From: an uncultured Chloroflexia bacterium
GTDB lineage: Bacteria; Chloroflexota; Dormibacteria; CF-121
DNA: 64,000 nucleotides
Assembly: GCA_963795805.1 (NCBI GenBank)
Contig: CAWCIV010000001.1
Coordinates: 778,749 to 842,748, forward strand
Reading direction: 5' to 3'
Under the pieces are notes generated by a model. It did not search any database and was not told the origin of the DNA. It worked only from the letters and a program-made list of their open reading frames with translations. Position 1 is the first letter of the stretch. Each line of letters starts with the position of its first letter. Of the stretch, positions 44,324 through 54,679 are shown in pieces. Both the position numbers and the translations under genes were made by a program.

Positions 44324-44993
44324 TCGCTTTGAGCTATTCCCTCCTGACGCTCTCTTGCACGGCTCCTCACTCGTGTCCTGCTCGGCTCGAAGTTCCAGGT
44401 ACGCGGTCGGGAAGGCGTGCCCGGCAAAGGGCGCGTTCCTGATCGTGTTCGAACCACGTTGGCGCGGTCGACCCGCGCTGATCGGCGGCTGGGCGCCACG
44501 GCCGGTCTGGTTCATGGCCAAAGCCGAACTGTTCGTCGGCCGCTTGGCCTGGCTGATGCGGGCCTACCACGCCTTTCCGGTCATCCGCCATTCCGCCGAC
44601 CGGGCGGCACTACGCCGGGCATTCGACCTGCTCCGGGAGGGAAAAGCGGTCGTCCTCTTTCCCGAGGGGCACCGCTCCGAGCGGGCGGCTCTGCTCCGGG
44701 CCGAACCCGGCGCCGGCTTCATCGCCCGCCGATCGGGAGCCACGTTGTTGGCGCTGGGCATCACGGGGACGGAAAAGGTGCTGCCGCGCCACAAGCGGTT
44801 ACCAAGACCAGCGCAGGTGTCGATGGCCTTCGGGGCCCCTTTCACCCTGCCGGAGCTGACTCGCGATGGCAGCAAGATGGATCATCAGCAAACGGCCGAT
44901 TACCTGATGACGAAGATTGCCGAACTCCTACCGTTTGAATACCAGGGGGAGTACGCTACACCGGCGTCGAACCCGCAAAGCGCCAACGGATGA
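44320..44993 (+). CDS. plsC: 1-acyl-sn-glycerol-3-phosphate acyltransferase (5' part frameshifted)
   Basis: FMAKAELF, FPEGHRS, G..FIA motifs; the NHxxxxD region is disrupted. Confidence 0.8.
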
Positions 44994-46312
44994 AAAAAAT
45001 CTACGTTCTGGATACAAACGTTCTTCTCCACGATCCGAACGCGATCTTCTCCTTCGACGACAACGAGATCGTGATCCCGTTGATCGTCATCGAAGAGGTC
45101 GATGGCCAGAAGCGCCGGCAGGACGAGGTCGGCCGACACGCCCGCCTGATCGCGCACCACCTCGACGAACTCCGGGCCACGGGCAAGCTGTCCGAGGGTG
45201 TGGCGCTCCGTCACGGAGGATCGCTCCGGGTGGAGCTGACGCGACAAAACAACGGTCATCTACCGGAGGATCTCGATCCACACAAGGCCGACAACCAGGT
45301 CATCGCCTTGACCCTGCAACTGCGCGCCGATCACAGCGATACGCCGGTCATCCTGGTCAGCAAGGACATCAACGTCCGCGTCAAGGCCGATGCCCTGAAC
45401 TTGCAGGCACAGGACTACGAGACCGACAAGATGGTCCGCAATGACGAGGACCTGTACGACGGGATGACCACCTTACAGGTCACCCCTGAGGACATCGAGA
45501 CGTTCAACAAGACCAACATGTTCCAGCCGTCGAACGGGCGGCTCTACTGCAACCAGTTCGTCCATTTCAAGTCGCTGAACGGCACCAAGTCGAGCGCCCT
45601 CGGGCGGTTCGACGCCGAGTCGCAGCAGGTCGTCGGCCTGGCGCCGATGAAGAAGGAGGTCTGGGGCATTCAGCCGAAGAACCTGGGCCAGCGGTTTGCC
45701 TTCGACATCCTGCTGGACGACAAGGTCCCGTTTGTCACGATGACGGGCCAGGCGGGTACCGGGAAGACGCTCCTGGCGCTCGCGGCCGGCCTGAGCAAGG
45801 TGCTGGACCAGCACCGCTTTCGCCGGTTGCTGGTGACGCGGCCCGTGATCCCGATGGGCAAGGATGTCGGCTACCTACCGGGCGACAAAGACGAAAAACT
45901 TCGCCCCTGGATGCAGCCGATCTACGACAACCTCGAGTACTTGATGGGCTGCATCTACAAGGAACAGATGGCGGCAGACATGATCCGCCACATCCAGGAC
46001 AAGGGTATCTTCGAGGCCGAGGCGCTGACCTACATCCGCGGGCGGAGCATCCCGCAGCAGTTCATCATCGTGGACGAGGCGCAGAACCTGACACCGCACG
46101 AAGTCAAGACGATCGTCTCGCGTGCCGGCGAGGGAACCAAGATCGTGCTGACCGGCGATCCCAATCAGATCGACCACCCGTACCTGGACTTCCGCAGCAA
46201 CGGCCTCTGCTACGCGATCGAGAAGTTCAAGGACAATCCGCTGGCCGGCCACGTCACCCTCACCAAGGGTCAGCGGTCTGAGCTCGCCGAGCTGGCCGCC
46301 AAGCTCCTCTAG
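44990..46312 (+). CDS. PIN-PhoH family ATPase (PhoH2/YlaK type)
   Basis: PIN: YVLDTNVLLHDP, EE.D, DN.I, SKD.N.R; PhoH: GQAGTGKT, GYLPG...EKL.PW, IRGRS, DEAQN, GD..Q.D. Confidence 0.95.
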   Translation: MKKIYVLDTNVLLHDPNAIFSFDDNEIVIPLIVIEEVDGQKRRQDEVGRHARLIAHHLDELRATGKLSEGVALRHGGSLRVELTRQNNGHLPEDLDPHKADNQVIALTLQLRADHSDTPVILVSKDINVRVKADALNLQAQDYETDKMVRNDEDLYDGMTTLQVTPEDIETFNKTNMFQPSNGRLYCNQFVHFKSLNGTKSSALGRFDAESQQVVGLAPMKKEVWGIQPKNLGQRFAFDILLDDKVPFVTMTGQAGTGKTLLALAAGLSKVLDQHRFRRLLVTRPVIPMGKDVGYLPGDKDEKLRPWMQPIYDNLEYLMGCIYKEQMAADMIRHIQDKGIFEAEALTYIRGRSIPQQFIIVDEAQNLTPHEVKTIVSRAGEGTKIVLTGDPNQIDHPYLDFRSNGLCYAIEKFKDNPLAGHVTLTKGQRSELAELAAKLL

Positions 46313-46354
46313 GCTGCTGCGCGGCGGGTATGCCGGCCTAGTACCGTAGAGTCA

Positions 46355-49081
46355 GTGCAACGGACGCTGGTCGCGCTTGATCTCGAGACGACGGGCTTGA
46401 GCCCGCGCCTCGATCGGATCATCGAGGTGGGGGCGGTCCGGTTCCGAGGCGACGAGGTCCTGACCCGATTCCATTCCCTGGTCCGGCCTGAGGTTCCGAT
46501 CCCACAGGCGGTGCAGGAGCTGACGGGCATCAGGGATGCCGACGTCGCCGCGGCCTCCCATCCCGAACAGGTCCTGGCAGAGCTGATCGACTTCATCGGC
46601 GACAGCGCAGTGGTGGCCCACAGCGGACATTTCGACCTGTCGTATCTCGGCACCGGCGACGACGGTGTCACCCGCTATGAGCTGTTCGACACCCTGGACC
46701 TCGCCCGGATCGTCCTTCCCACCGCCCCGAGCCACAGCCTCCCGCACCTCTCCCGGAGCCTCGGCTTCACCCATAAACAACCGCATCGCGCTCTCTCGGA
46801 CGCGGATGCGGCCCGGCAGCTCTTCCTGTACCTCTGGGATTACGTGCGCGGCTTTCCCACCGAGCTCCTCGAGCGGATGCTGGAGGTGACCGACGGTTGG
46901 GACGATCCGGTGCACGATTTTCTGATCGGTGCCGTCGGCGCCGGCCCGGGCGGCGGCCCAACCCTTGCCCGACCGCCGGCCGCCGCGACCCCCGAACTGC
47001 GCGACGTCACGCCGTCGACGGATCCCCAGGCGATTCGCGCGCTGCTCGGGCCGGACGGCCCGATGGCGGAGCGGCTCGATGATTACGAGCTCAGGGAGTC
47101 GCAGCTCCAGATGACGCTGGCCGTTGCTCAGCTCTTCAACCGCGGCGGTCGCCTGCTGGTCGAGGCCGGCCCGGGAACCGGCAAATCGCTCGCCTACCTG
47201 GTGCCGGCCGTCCACCATGCGGTGGCAACCGGACAACGGGTGGTGGTGGCCACCAACACGATCACCCTGCAGGAGCAGCTTTTCAACAAGGACATTCCCT
47301 TTCTTCGGAGCTGGCTGCCGTTCGACTTCCGCGCCGCGCTCCTCAAGGGCCGCGGCAACTACGTCAGCCTGCGTCGCTGGAATCGCTACCTGAGCGCCCC
47401 CAGCCGACGGGCGGATGGCAGCTGGTTTCCAGACGAGGTTCGGTTCAAGCTCCGCATGCTGGTCTGGCTGGCGCAAACCCGAACCGGTGACCGGTCCGAG
47501 ATCAAACTCACCGGCTTTGACGACGTCTTCTGGCTCCGAGCCGCGTCGACCGCCAGTGATTGCCTCGCGGGTCACTGCGCGAACTACAAGACGAGGCAGT
47601 GCTTCTACTGGAACAGCCGGCGGGCCGCGCACGACTCGGACATCATCGTCACCAATCACGCGCTCCTGCTCGCGGATGCGCTCGCCGGCGGCTCGGTGCT
47701 CCCGGCGCATGAGCACGTTATCGTCGACGAAGCCCATCAGTTGGAAGAGGCGGCGGTCGGCGCGCTGACGCTGCGGGTGGGGGAGGAGGAGCTGCTCGAC
47801 AGCATCGACGGCACGATGACCTGGTTCAAGGCGGCCTGCGGCACCCCGGACGAGCGGCTCCGGGCAGAGGCGGCCGCCCTTCGGCAAAGTGCGATCCAGT
47901 TCTTCACCGAGGCGCGCGAGATGGTGCGGGCGACGCAACCAGCGGTCCCGCTTCGTCCTGGACGGGAAGAAGCGCTGGTTCTCGATGCGGCGGCCCGCCA
48001 CCTGCCGGAGGTTGTGGCGCTGCAACAGCGCGCCGGCAACCTGGTGCAGCGAGCCTCCGCCGTGATCGCGGCGCTGGAGAGCGCCGCGGCGCAGCTGTCG
48101 ATCGAGCCCGACTCGCACGCAGAGCGGGAGTTCGATCTGTTCACGTCGCAGCTCAAAGACCGAGCCGCCATCCTCGAGCAGGCCTTCCGAGGGCCCCGGC
48201 CAGACCGCTTGTACTGGATCGCGGTTGAACGGCGGACCGGGCGGGCGCTCGTGCAGGCGGCACCGACCACGGCCGGCCAGTTACTGCAGTCCCGTGCCTT
48301 CGCCGGCAAAGAAACCGTCGTCTTCACCTCGGCCAGTCTTGCCGTCGCCGAGTCGTTCGATTACTTCAAGCGTGGCGTCGGCCTGGCGGAGTTCAGCACG
48401 CACGAGATGGTATTGAGCTCGCCCTTCGACTACCTCTCCCAGGCGCTGCTCTGCCTGCCGACCGACCTTCGCGAGCTGACCGATCCGGCCTTTGTCGACC
48501 AGGTGGCCACCATTGTCGCCCAGGTTGGGGAGTTGATCGGCGGGCGGACGCTCGTCCTCTTCACGGCGCATCAGCAGTTGCAAGAGGTGGCTGCCCTGCT
48601 GCGTACCCGGCTCGGGCAGAGCCGGCTGCGCGTGCTGGCCCAGAACCTGGATGGGACGAGGCGGCAGCTGCTCTCCGAGTTCCAGGAAGATGCGCGGACG
48701 ATCCTGCTGGGCACAAGCAGCTTCTGGGAGGGCATCGACGTCCCGGGCGATGCGCTGTCCTGCGTCGTCATCGTGCGCCTGCCGTTCAAGGTGCCCAGTG
48801 ACCCGATGCAACGGGCCCGCAGTGCCACCCTCGCGGATCCGTTCGGCCAGCTGGCCCTTCCGGAGGCCGTGCTTCGCCTCAAGCAAGGGTTTGGCAGACT
48901 GATCCGGCGTCGCAGTGATCGCGGCGCCGTCGTCCTGCTGGATCATCGCGTCGGCAACCGGACCTATGGACGGGCCTTCCTCGAGGCGCTTCCCAAAGCG
49001 GCGGTTCACCTCGGGGCTTCGGACGAGATCGCGCCGGCGATCAGCCAGTGGTTGCGGCGTTCATCGCCGGCTCCGGTATGA
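46355..49081 (+). CDS. dinG: DinG family helicase with an N-terminal DnaQ-like exonuclease
   Basis: DLETTGL, HRA..DA; R..Q, EAGPGTGKS.AYL.P, VTNHALL, DEAH, SFWEGID, LKQG.GRLIR. Confidence 0.93.
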   Translation: MQRTLVALDLETTGLSPRLDRIIEVGAVRFRGDEVLTRFHSLVRPEVPIPQAVQELTGIRDADVAAASHPEQVLAELIDFIGDSAVVAHSGHFDLSYLGTGDDGVTRYELFDTLDLARIVLPTAPSHSLPHLSRSLGFTHKQPHRALSDADAARQLFLYLWDYVRGFPTELLERMLEVTDGWDDPVHDFLIGAVGAGPGGGPTLARPPAAATPELRDVTPSTDPQAIRALLGPDGPMAERLDDYELRESQLQMTLAVAQLFNRGGRLLVEAGPGTGKSLAYLVPAVHHAVATGQRVVVATNTITLQEQLFNKDIPFLRSWLPFDFRAALLKGRGNYVSLRRWNRYLSAPSRRADGSWFPDEVRFKLRMLVWLAQTRTGDRSEIKLTGFDDVFWLRAASTASDCLAGHCANYKTRQCFYWNSRRAAHDSDIIVTNHALLLADALAGGSVLPAHEHVIVDEAHQLEEAAVGALTLRVGEEELLDSIDGTMTWFKAACGTPDERLRAEAAALRQSAIQFFTEAREMVRATQPAVPLRPGREEALVLDAAARHLPEVVALQQRAGNLVQRASAVIAALESAAAQLSIEPDSHAEREFDLFTSQLKDRAAILEQAFRGPRPDRLYWIAVERRTGRALVQAAPTTAGQLLQSRAFAGKETVVFTSASLAVAESFDYFKRGVGLAEFSTHEMVLSSPFDYLSQALLCLPTDLRELTDPAFVDQVATIVAQVGELIGGRTLVLFTAHQQLQEVAALLRTRLGQSRLRVLAQNLDGTRRQLLSEFQEDARTILLGTSSFWEGIDVPGDALSCVVIVRLPFKVPSDPMQRARSATLADPFGQLALPEAVLRLKQGFGRLIRRRSDRGAVVLLDHRVGNRTYGRAFLEALPKAAVHLGASDEIAPAISQWLRRSSPAPV

Positions 49082-49950
49082 GCCTGTCATCCCGGGTGAC
49101 GGTCGGCCTGGCGCAGACCGACTCGGCATTGGGAGACCGTGAGCGCAATCTCGGCCATCACCGCGAGTGGGTGCGACGGGCGGTCGATGCCGGGGTTGAG
49201 CTGGTGGTGCTTCCTGAGCTCAGCCTCACCGGCTACTTCCTCAAAGACCTCGTCCCGGAGATGGCGATCACGCTTGACGGGCCCGTCATGAAGGAACTGT
49301 GTGCTCTGTCTGCGGACATCGACGTGGTCCTCGGCGCCGTCATCGAGGAACGGGACCATCGCTATTTCAACGCGAGTCTCTATTTCAGCGAGGGGAAGCT
49401 CGTCCACCTGCATCGAAAGGTTTACCTGCCAACCTACGGCATGTTCGATGAGCAGCGCTACCTGGCCTCAGGTGACCGCTTTCGAAGCTTTGCGACCCGC
49501 TACGGCCGGGTCGGCATGCTGGTCTGTGAGGATGTCTGGCATCTCTCGAGCGCGTACATCCTGGGGCTCCAGGGGGTCGACATGATCATCTGCATCTCGG
49601 CCAGCCCCGGACGCGGGATCACGACCGACGAACGACTGGGCACGGCCGAGTCGTACACCCTCCTGGGCCGGACCTACGCCCAGTTCCTGACGACGTTCTT
49701 TCTTTATTGCAACCGTGTTGGCTACGAGGATGGGGCCAACTTCTGGGGTGGCTCGATGGCGATCGGGCCAAACGGCGACATCATCGCCCAGCAAGAAGAC
49801 GCCGACGAGGCGCTCGTTGTCACCAGGCTCGACCTGGGTGACGTCCGGCGAGAACGCCTAGCCAACCCGCTCCTCAGGGACGAGCATCTGGAGTTGACGA
49901 TCAATGAGCTTCGGCAGGTCTGGCATGAGCGCACCCGCAAGCCGTTCTGA
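49078..49950 (+). CDS. Nitrilase/carbon-nitrogen hydrolase, probable glutaminase subunit of NAD synthetase
   Basis: E-K-C triad ([28 protein letters not shown]); overlaps nadE. Confidence 0.9.
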   Translation: MSLSSRVTVGLAQTDSALGDRERNLGHHREWVRRAVDAGVELVVLPELSLTGYFLKDLVPEMAITLDGPVMKELCALSADIDVVLGAVIEERDHRYFNASLYFSEGKLVHLHRKVYLPTYGMFDEQRYLASGDRFRSFATRYGRVGMLVCEDVWHLSSAYILGLQGVDMIICISASPGRGITTDERLGTAESYTLLGRTYAQFLTTFFLYCNRVGYEDGANFWGGSMAIGPNGDIIAQQEDADEALVVTRLDLGDVRRERLANPLLRDEHLELTINELRQVWHERTRKPF

Positions 49951-50779
49951 GGCTGTTTTCGAGCCGCTCGCCATCAATGGCGAGCTGGTGCGGAGAATCC
50001 TGGTCGGCTTCATCCGAAACGAAGTGCGAAAAGTCGGCTTCGAGCGTGTCATCCTCGGGCTCAGCGGCGGCGTCGATTCCAGCCTCGTGGCAACCCTGGC
50101 GGCTGAAGCGCTCGGGCCAAAGAACGTCAAGGCGGTCATCATGCCCTACCGGCGGAGCGACCCGAAGAGCCGCAGCGATGCCGTCGGCCTGATCACCCAG
50201 CTCGGCGTCGAGTCGCTCGAGGTCGATATCAGTCCCCAGATCGACGCCTACTACGCCCGCTTTCCCGAGGCGGACGACAAGCGGCGGGGCAACAAGATGG
50301 CTCGTGAGCGGATGACCATTCTCTACGACCAGTCCTGGGCCTGGCGGGCCCTCGTCATCGGGACGAGTAACAAGACGGAACTGCTGCTTGGTTACGGCAC
50401 CATCTACGGGGACATGGCGAGCGCGATCAATCCCATCGGCGACCTGTACAAGACCCAGGTGTGGCAGCTCGCCGACAGTGTGGGCGTTCCAACCGCGATT
50501 GTGCAGAAAGTCCCCTCGGCCGACCTCTGGGAGGGTCAGTCCGACGAGACCGAACTGGGATTTGGCTACCGGCTGATCGATCAGCTGCTCTACTTCCTCG
50601 TCGAGCGCCGTTACACGATGGAGGAATTGAAAGCCGAGGGTTTCGACGAGCCCTTCATCAACGACATCGTCCGGCGGGTGCGCGACAACCAGTACAAGCG
50701 GCGGCTGCCGGTGATCGCCAAGCTCTCATCGAGGACCATCGATCGCGAGTTCCGCTACCCGCGCGATTGGGGCCACTGA
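49925..50779 (+). CDS. nadE: NAD+ synthetase (single-domain)
   Basis: [46 protein letters not shown]. Confidence 0.96.
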   Translation: MSAPASRSEAVFEPLAINGELVRRILVGFIRNEVRKVGFERVILGLSGGVDSSLVATLAAEALGPKNVKAVIMPYRRSDPKSRSDAVGLITQLGVESLEVDISPQIDAYYARFPEADDKRRGNKMARERMTILYDQSWAWRALVIGTSNKTELLLGYGTIYGDMASAINPIGDLYKTQVWQLADSVGVPTAIVQKVPSADLWEGQSDETELGFGYRLIDQLLYFLVERRYTMEELKAEGFDEPFINDIVRRVRDNQYKRRLPVIAKLSSRTIDREFRYPRDWGH

Positions 50780-50811
50780 ATGGCGCGGTCACCCTATTTC
50801 CCGTGACGTGA

Positions 50812-51498
50812 GTGCCGATCCTGTACGTCGTCTCCACCCCCATCGGAAACCTCGACGACATCACGTTGCGGGCGTTGCATGTGCTGGAGGCGGTGCCGTT
50901 GATTGCCGCGGAGGATACCCGGCACACGCTCAAGCTGCTCACGCACTTCGGGCTGCGGCGCCCGTTGATCAGCCTGCACGCCAAGAACGAGCCGCGACAG
51001 CTGGAGACGATCCTTGCGCGGCTGGCCGATCACGATGTGGCGCTGGTTTCCGACGCTGGCACGCCGGCGCTCTCCGATCCCGGCGTGCGGCTGGTCAGTG
51101 CCGCCGTTCGCAAGGGGATCGAGGTCGTTCCCATCCCCGGTCCGTCGGCAGTCCTGGCGGCCCTGGTGGCCTCCGGCCTGCCGACGAACCAGTTCACCTT
51201 CCTCGGGTTCATGCCGAGGAAACGTGGGGAGCTGACGCGGCTACTTCGGGACGCCGGCCAGGCCCGGCGGACGTTTCTGTTCTTCGAATCGCCGCATCGA
51301 ATCTGCAAGACCTTGGATATAATGGCGTCCACCCTCGGCCCCCGCTCGCTGGTGGTGGCGCGGGAGATCACCAAGGTCCATGAGGAATTCCTTCGTGGGA
51401 CGCCGGCGACGCTCCTGGAGCATTTCCAAAACGCTCCACCCCGTGGCGAGCTGACGGTCGTGGTCGCCGGCAGCGATTGGAGGCCTCGAGATGAATAA
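50812..51498 (+). CDS. rsmI: 16S rRNA C1402 2'-O-methyltransferase
   Basis: LYVV.TPIGNL.DIT.RA, AEDTR, VSDAGTP..SDPG, FESPHR, REITK.HEE. Confidence 0.96.
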   Translation: MPILYVVSTPIGNLDDITLRALHVLEAVPLIAAEDTRHTLKLLTHFGLRRPLISLHAKNEPRQLETILARLADHDVALVSDAGTPALSDPGVRLVSAAVRKGIEVVPIPGPSAVLAALVASGLPTNQFTFLGFMPRKRGELTRLLRDAGQARRTFLFFESPHRICKTLDIMASTLGPRSLVVAREITKVHEEFLRGTPATLLEHFQNAPPRGELTVVVAGSDWRPRDE

Positions 51499-53032
51499 GT
51501 TCTACGTGACCACCGCCATCGTCTATCCGAATGCGGCACCGCACCTCGGCTTCATCTACGAGCTGGTGGGGACCGATGCGCTGGCCCGCTACCACCGGCT
51601 CCTGGGCGATGAAACCTTTTTCCTGACCGGCACCGACGAGCACTCGCAGAACGTGCGCCGGAAGGCCGAGGAGGAGGGAGTCTCCACCGAGGCATTCACG
51701 GCGCGGATGGCCCAGCTCTATCGCGATATCGAGGCTCGCTTCCAGATCGGGTACGACCGCTTCATCCGGACCGAGGACCCTGACCACGTGCGCGGCGTGC
51801 AGGCCTTCATCGAGAAGATGCAGGCGCGCGGCGATATCTACAAGGGGGCCTACGAAGGCTGGTACTGCATCTCGTGCGAAGCGTTCAAGCAGGAGGCGGA
51901 CCTGAAGGATGGCTACTGCCTGATCCATCCCCAGCTAAAGGCCCAGTGGCTCAAGGAAGAGAATTACTTCTTCAAGCTGTCCGCCTACCAGGACCGGTTG
52001 CAGCAGCACCTCGACAAGCACCCGGACTTCATCCGGCCGGAGAGCCGGCGCAACGAGGTCCTTGGCTGGTTGAAATCCGGCCTTCAAGATTTCAGCATTT
52101 CCCGGTCGACGATCAAGTGGGGCATTCCCTTTCCGGGCGATGACCGGCACGTTGTCTACGTCTGGGGTGATGCGCTGGTCAATTACGCGACCGGGATCGG
52201 CTATGGCACGGACGAAGCCCGCTTCAAGAAGTGGTGGCCAGCCGACCTGCACGTCATCGGGAAGGACATCTCGCGCTTTCACGCCCTCTACTGGCCGGCA
52301 ATGCTGCTGTCGGCGGGCCTCGCGGTGCCGAAGCGGATCTATGCCCATGGCTTCCTGACGGTCCGCGGCGAGAAGATGAGCAAGAGCGCGGGAAACTACA
52401 TCGACCCGCTCGAGGCGGCCACCCGGTTCGGCGCCGACGCGGTCCGATACCTCCTGCTGCGCGAGTTGCCCTTCGATCGGGACGGCGACATCAGCTGGGA
52501 GTCGATGGTCGACCGCTACAACGCCGATCTGGCCAATGATCTCGGAAACTTCGTCTTTCGAACCATGAACATGCTCTGGCGCTACTTCGACGGGAAGGTG
52601 CCAGCCCCCGACGGCGATGCTACCGAGCTCGACGGCAAGCTGCGGGGCGCCTTCGAGCAGGCCGTTCGAGGGCTGGACAAACACATGAAGACCCTCGACT
52701 TCACGGGAGCGCTGGGGCTGACCTGGGACGCGATCAACCGAGGCAACAAGTACATCGAGGAATCAGCTCCCTGGGTGCTCGCGAAACAGTCCGACCAGCG
52801 CAAGCGCCTGCAGACCGTGATGTACAACCTGGTCGAGGCGATCCGGCTGACGGCTTACCTGATCTCGCCGTTTTTACCGGAGACCGCGCCGAAAATCAGT
52901 GCCCAGGTCAAAGCGGACCTGCGCGCCCCCTGGGTCCAGGCGCGCGAGTGGGGCCGGTTGGCTCCGCGGACGCAGACCAGCCTCGGCGGGGTGCTCTTTC
53001 CACGGATCGAGAAGCCGGAGCCGGTCGCCTGA
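51491..53032 (+). CDS. metG: Methionine-tRNA ligase (short form)
   Basis: YPN..PHLG, TGTDEH, YVW.DAL, IGKDI..FH..YWP, KMSKS.GN. Confidence 0.97.
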   Translation: MNKFYVTTAIVYPNAAPHLGFIYELVGTDALARYHRLLGDETFFLTGTDEHSQNVRRKAEEEGVSTEAFTARMAQLYRDIEARFQIGYDRFIRTEDPDHVRGVQAFIEKMQARGDIYKGAYEGWYCISCEAFKQEADLKDGYCLIHPQLKAQWLKEENYFFKLSAYQDRLQQHLDKHPDFIRPESRRNEVLGWLKSGLQDFSISRSTIKWGIPFPGDDRHVVYVWGDALVNYATGIGYGTDEARFKKWWPADLHVIGKDISRFHALYWPAMLLSAGLAVPKRIYAHGFLTVRGEKMSKSAGNYIDPLEAATRFGADAVRYLLLRELPFDRDGDISWESMVDRYNADLANDLGNFVFRTMNMLWRYFDGKVPAPDGDATELDGKLRGAFEQAVRGLDKHMKTLDFTGALGLTWDAINRGNKYIEESAPWVLAKQSDQRKRLQTVMYNLVEAIRLTAYLISPFLPETAPKISAQVKADLRAPWVQAREWGRLAPRTQTSLGGVLFPRIEKPEPVA

Positions 53033-53808
53033 TCGACTCGCACGCGCACCTGCTGCACCTGCGTGCGCCCCTCAGCCCAGAGGTGGCGATCGAGGAGGCG
53101 AGGGCGGCCGGCGTGATGGCGGTCATCAACATCGGTGACGACACGTCGGACAACCGACCCGGCATCGAGCTGACCGAACGGATCCCCGGCTTACGGACCA
53201 CGGTCGGCCGACATCCGCACGCAGCCGGCGACCCGCTTCCCGCGCCGGTGCGTCGTGAGCTCCGCGAACTGGCGAACCATCCATCGGTGGTTGGCATCGG
53301 CGAGATCGGCCTTGACTACCACTTCACGGAGTACCACCGCGTGCCGGCGAAGGCCCAGAAGGACACGCTGCGTCAGATGCTGGCCCTCGCCCAGGAGATC
53401 GAGAAGCCGGTCGTGCTGCACACCCGGGATGCCTTTGAGGACACCTTCGCCATCCTCGACGACTATCCGGGCCTTCGTGGCGTGTTCCACTGCTTCAGTG
53501 GCAATGCCGCGATGGCGGCCGAAGGCATTGCTCGTGGCTTCTACCTCTCCTTCGCGGCAACGGTCACCTACCCCGGCGCGCACGGCATCATCGGCGCGGC
53601 CAGCATCATCCCGCTCGATCGGATGCTGGTGGAAACCGACGCTCCCTTCCTGCCACCGCAGAGCCGCCGCGGCAAGCCCAACGCACCACGCTTCCTCCCG
53701 GAGACCATCGAGCGCATCGCAACCCTGCGCGGGGTGGCCGCAGGCGATGTCGCCGAGGCGACACGGCAGAACGCCATCGACCTGTTCCGGCTTCCCTACG
53801 CCAGCTAG
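53029..53808 (+). CDS. tatD: TatD family nuclease (CTG start proposed)
   Basis: [M]IDSHAHL, G.HP, IGEIGLDY, H.RDA, HCFSG, ETDAPFL.P. CTGA overlap with the metG stop; GGAG 8 nt upstream. Confidence 0.93.
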   Translation: MIDSHAHLLHLRAPLSPEVAIEEARAAGVMAVINIGDDTSDNRPGIELTERIPGLRTTVGRHPHAAGDPLPAPVRRELRELANHPSVVGIGEIGLDYHFTEYHRVPAKAQKDTLRQMLALAQEIEKPVVLHTRDAFEDTFAILDDYPGLRGVFHCFSGNAAMAAEGIARGFYLSFAATVTYPGAHGIIGAASIIPLDRMLVETDAPFLPPQSRRGKPNAPRFLPETIERIATLRGVAAGDVAEATRQNAIDLFRLPYAS

Positions 53809-54679
53809 CAAAGCGCCGCTCGACCTGGCGGACCCCGACGTGATCCGCGGCATCAGCCGCCGCTTCCAGATTCGTTACCAGCGCAAGTGGGGCCAGAACT
53901 TCCTCGCCGACCGCGGAGCCCTCGGACGGCTCGTGGATGCGCTCGAGCTTGCCGCGGATGGCCGCGTGCTCGAGGTCGGTCCAGGACTGGGCGTGCTGAC
54001 CGTCGAGTTGGCTCAGCGGGTCGCGCAGGTCGTCGCGGTTGAGATCGACCCCGCCTGTGTCCGAGCGCTCGACCTAACGCTTCGCGGCCTCGACAATGTC
54101 CAGATCGTCGAGGGCGACGTTCTGCGCACGCCCATCGGCGAGGTCGTCGAGACCCCCTACCGCGTTATCGGCAACATCCCGTACAACCTGACCGGGGCGC
54201 TGATGGTTCATCTGCTCGAGCAGCCGCGCACGGCGTCCCGGATTGACCTCCTTGTACAAAAGGAAGTCGCCGAACGGCTGGCCGCGCCCGCCGGGGCCTG
54301 GAGCCTGGCGACCCTCGGGGTCCGCGTCTACGGACGGCCGGAGATCCTGATGACCTTGTCGCCCGACGCCTTCCTTCCGCCACCACAGGTGGCCTCGGCC
54401 CTGCTGCGTATCGTGCCCGACGCCAGCCCCGCGCTCCCGCTCGACCTCCTGCCCGCCTTTTTCCGTTTCGTCACGCCCTTCTTTCAAGCGCGGCGCAAGC
54501 AGCTGGCCTTCGCCATGGCGCGCGGCCTCGGCGTCCCTAACGCGGAGGCTCGCGCCCGGTTGGCCGTTATCGGCATCGACCCGGCGCGACGTGCCGAGAC
54601 CCTGGGGCTCGAGGAGTGGAAACGGCTCTTCGACAAGGAGCGCTTGAACTGGAGACTCGATACGATACAGGCGCGTTGA
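53798..54679 (+). CDS. ksgA: 16S rRNA dimethyladenosine transferase (start uncertain, 53798-53840)
   Basis: KWGQNFL.D, LEVGPGLG.LT, VEID, GNIPYN, QKEVAERL, F.PPP.V.S, RAETL. Confidence 0.93.
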   Translation, partial: TPASKAPLDLADPDVIRGISRRFQIRYQRKWGQNFLADRGALGRLVDALELAADGRVLEVGPGLGVLTVELAQRVAQVVAVEIDPACVRALDLTLRGLDNVQIVEGDVLRTPIGEVVETPYRVIGNIPYNLTGALMVHLLEQPRTASRIDLLVQKEVAERLAAPAGAWSLATLGVRVYGRPEILMTLSPDAFLPPPQVASALLRIVPDASPALPLDLLPAFFRFVTPFFQARRKQLAFAMARGLGVPNAEARARLAVIGIDPARRAETLGLEEWKRLFDKERLNWRLDTIQAR

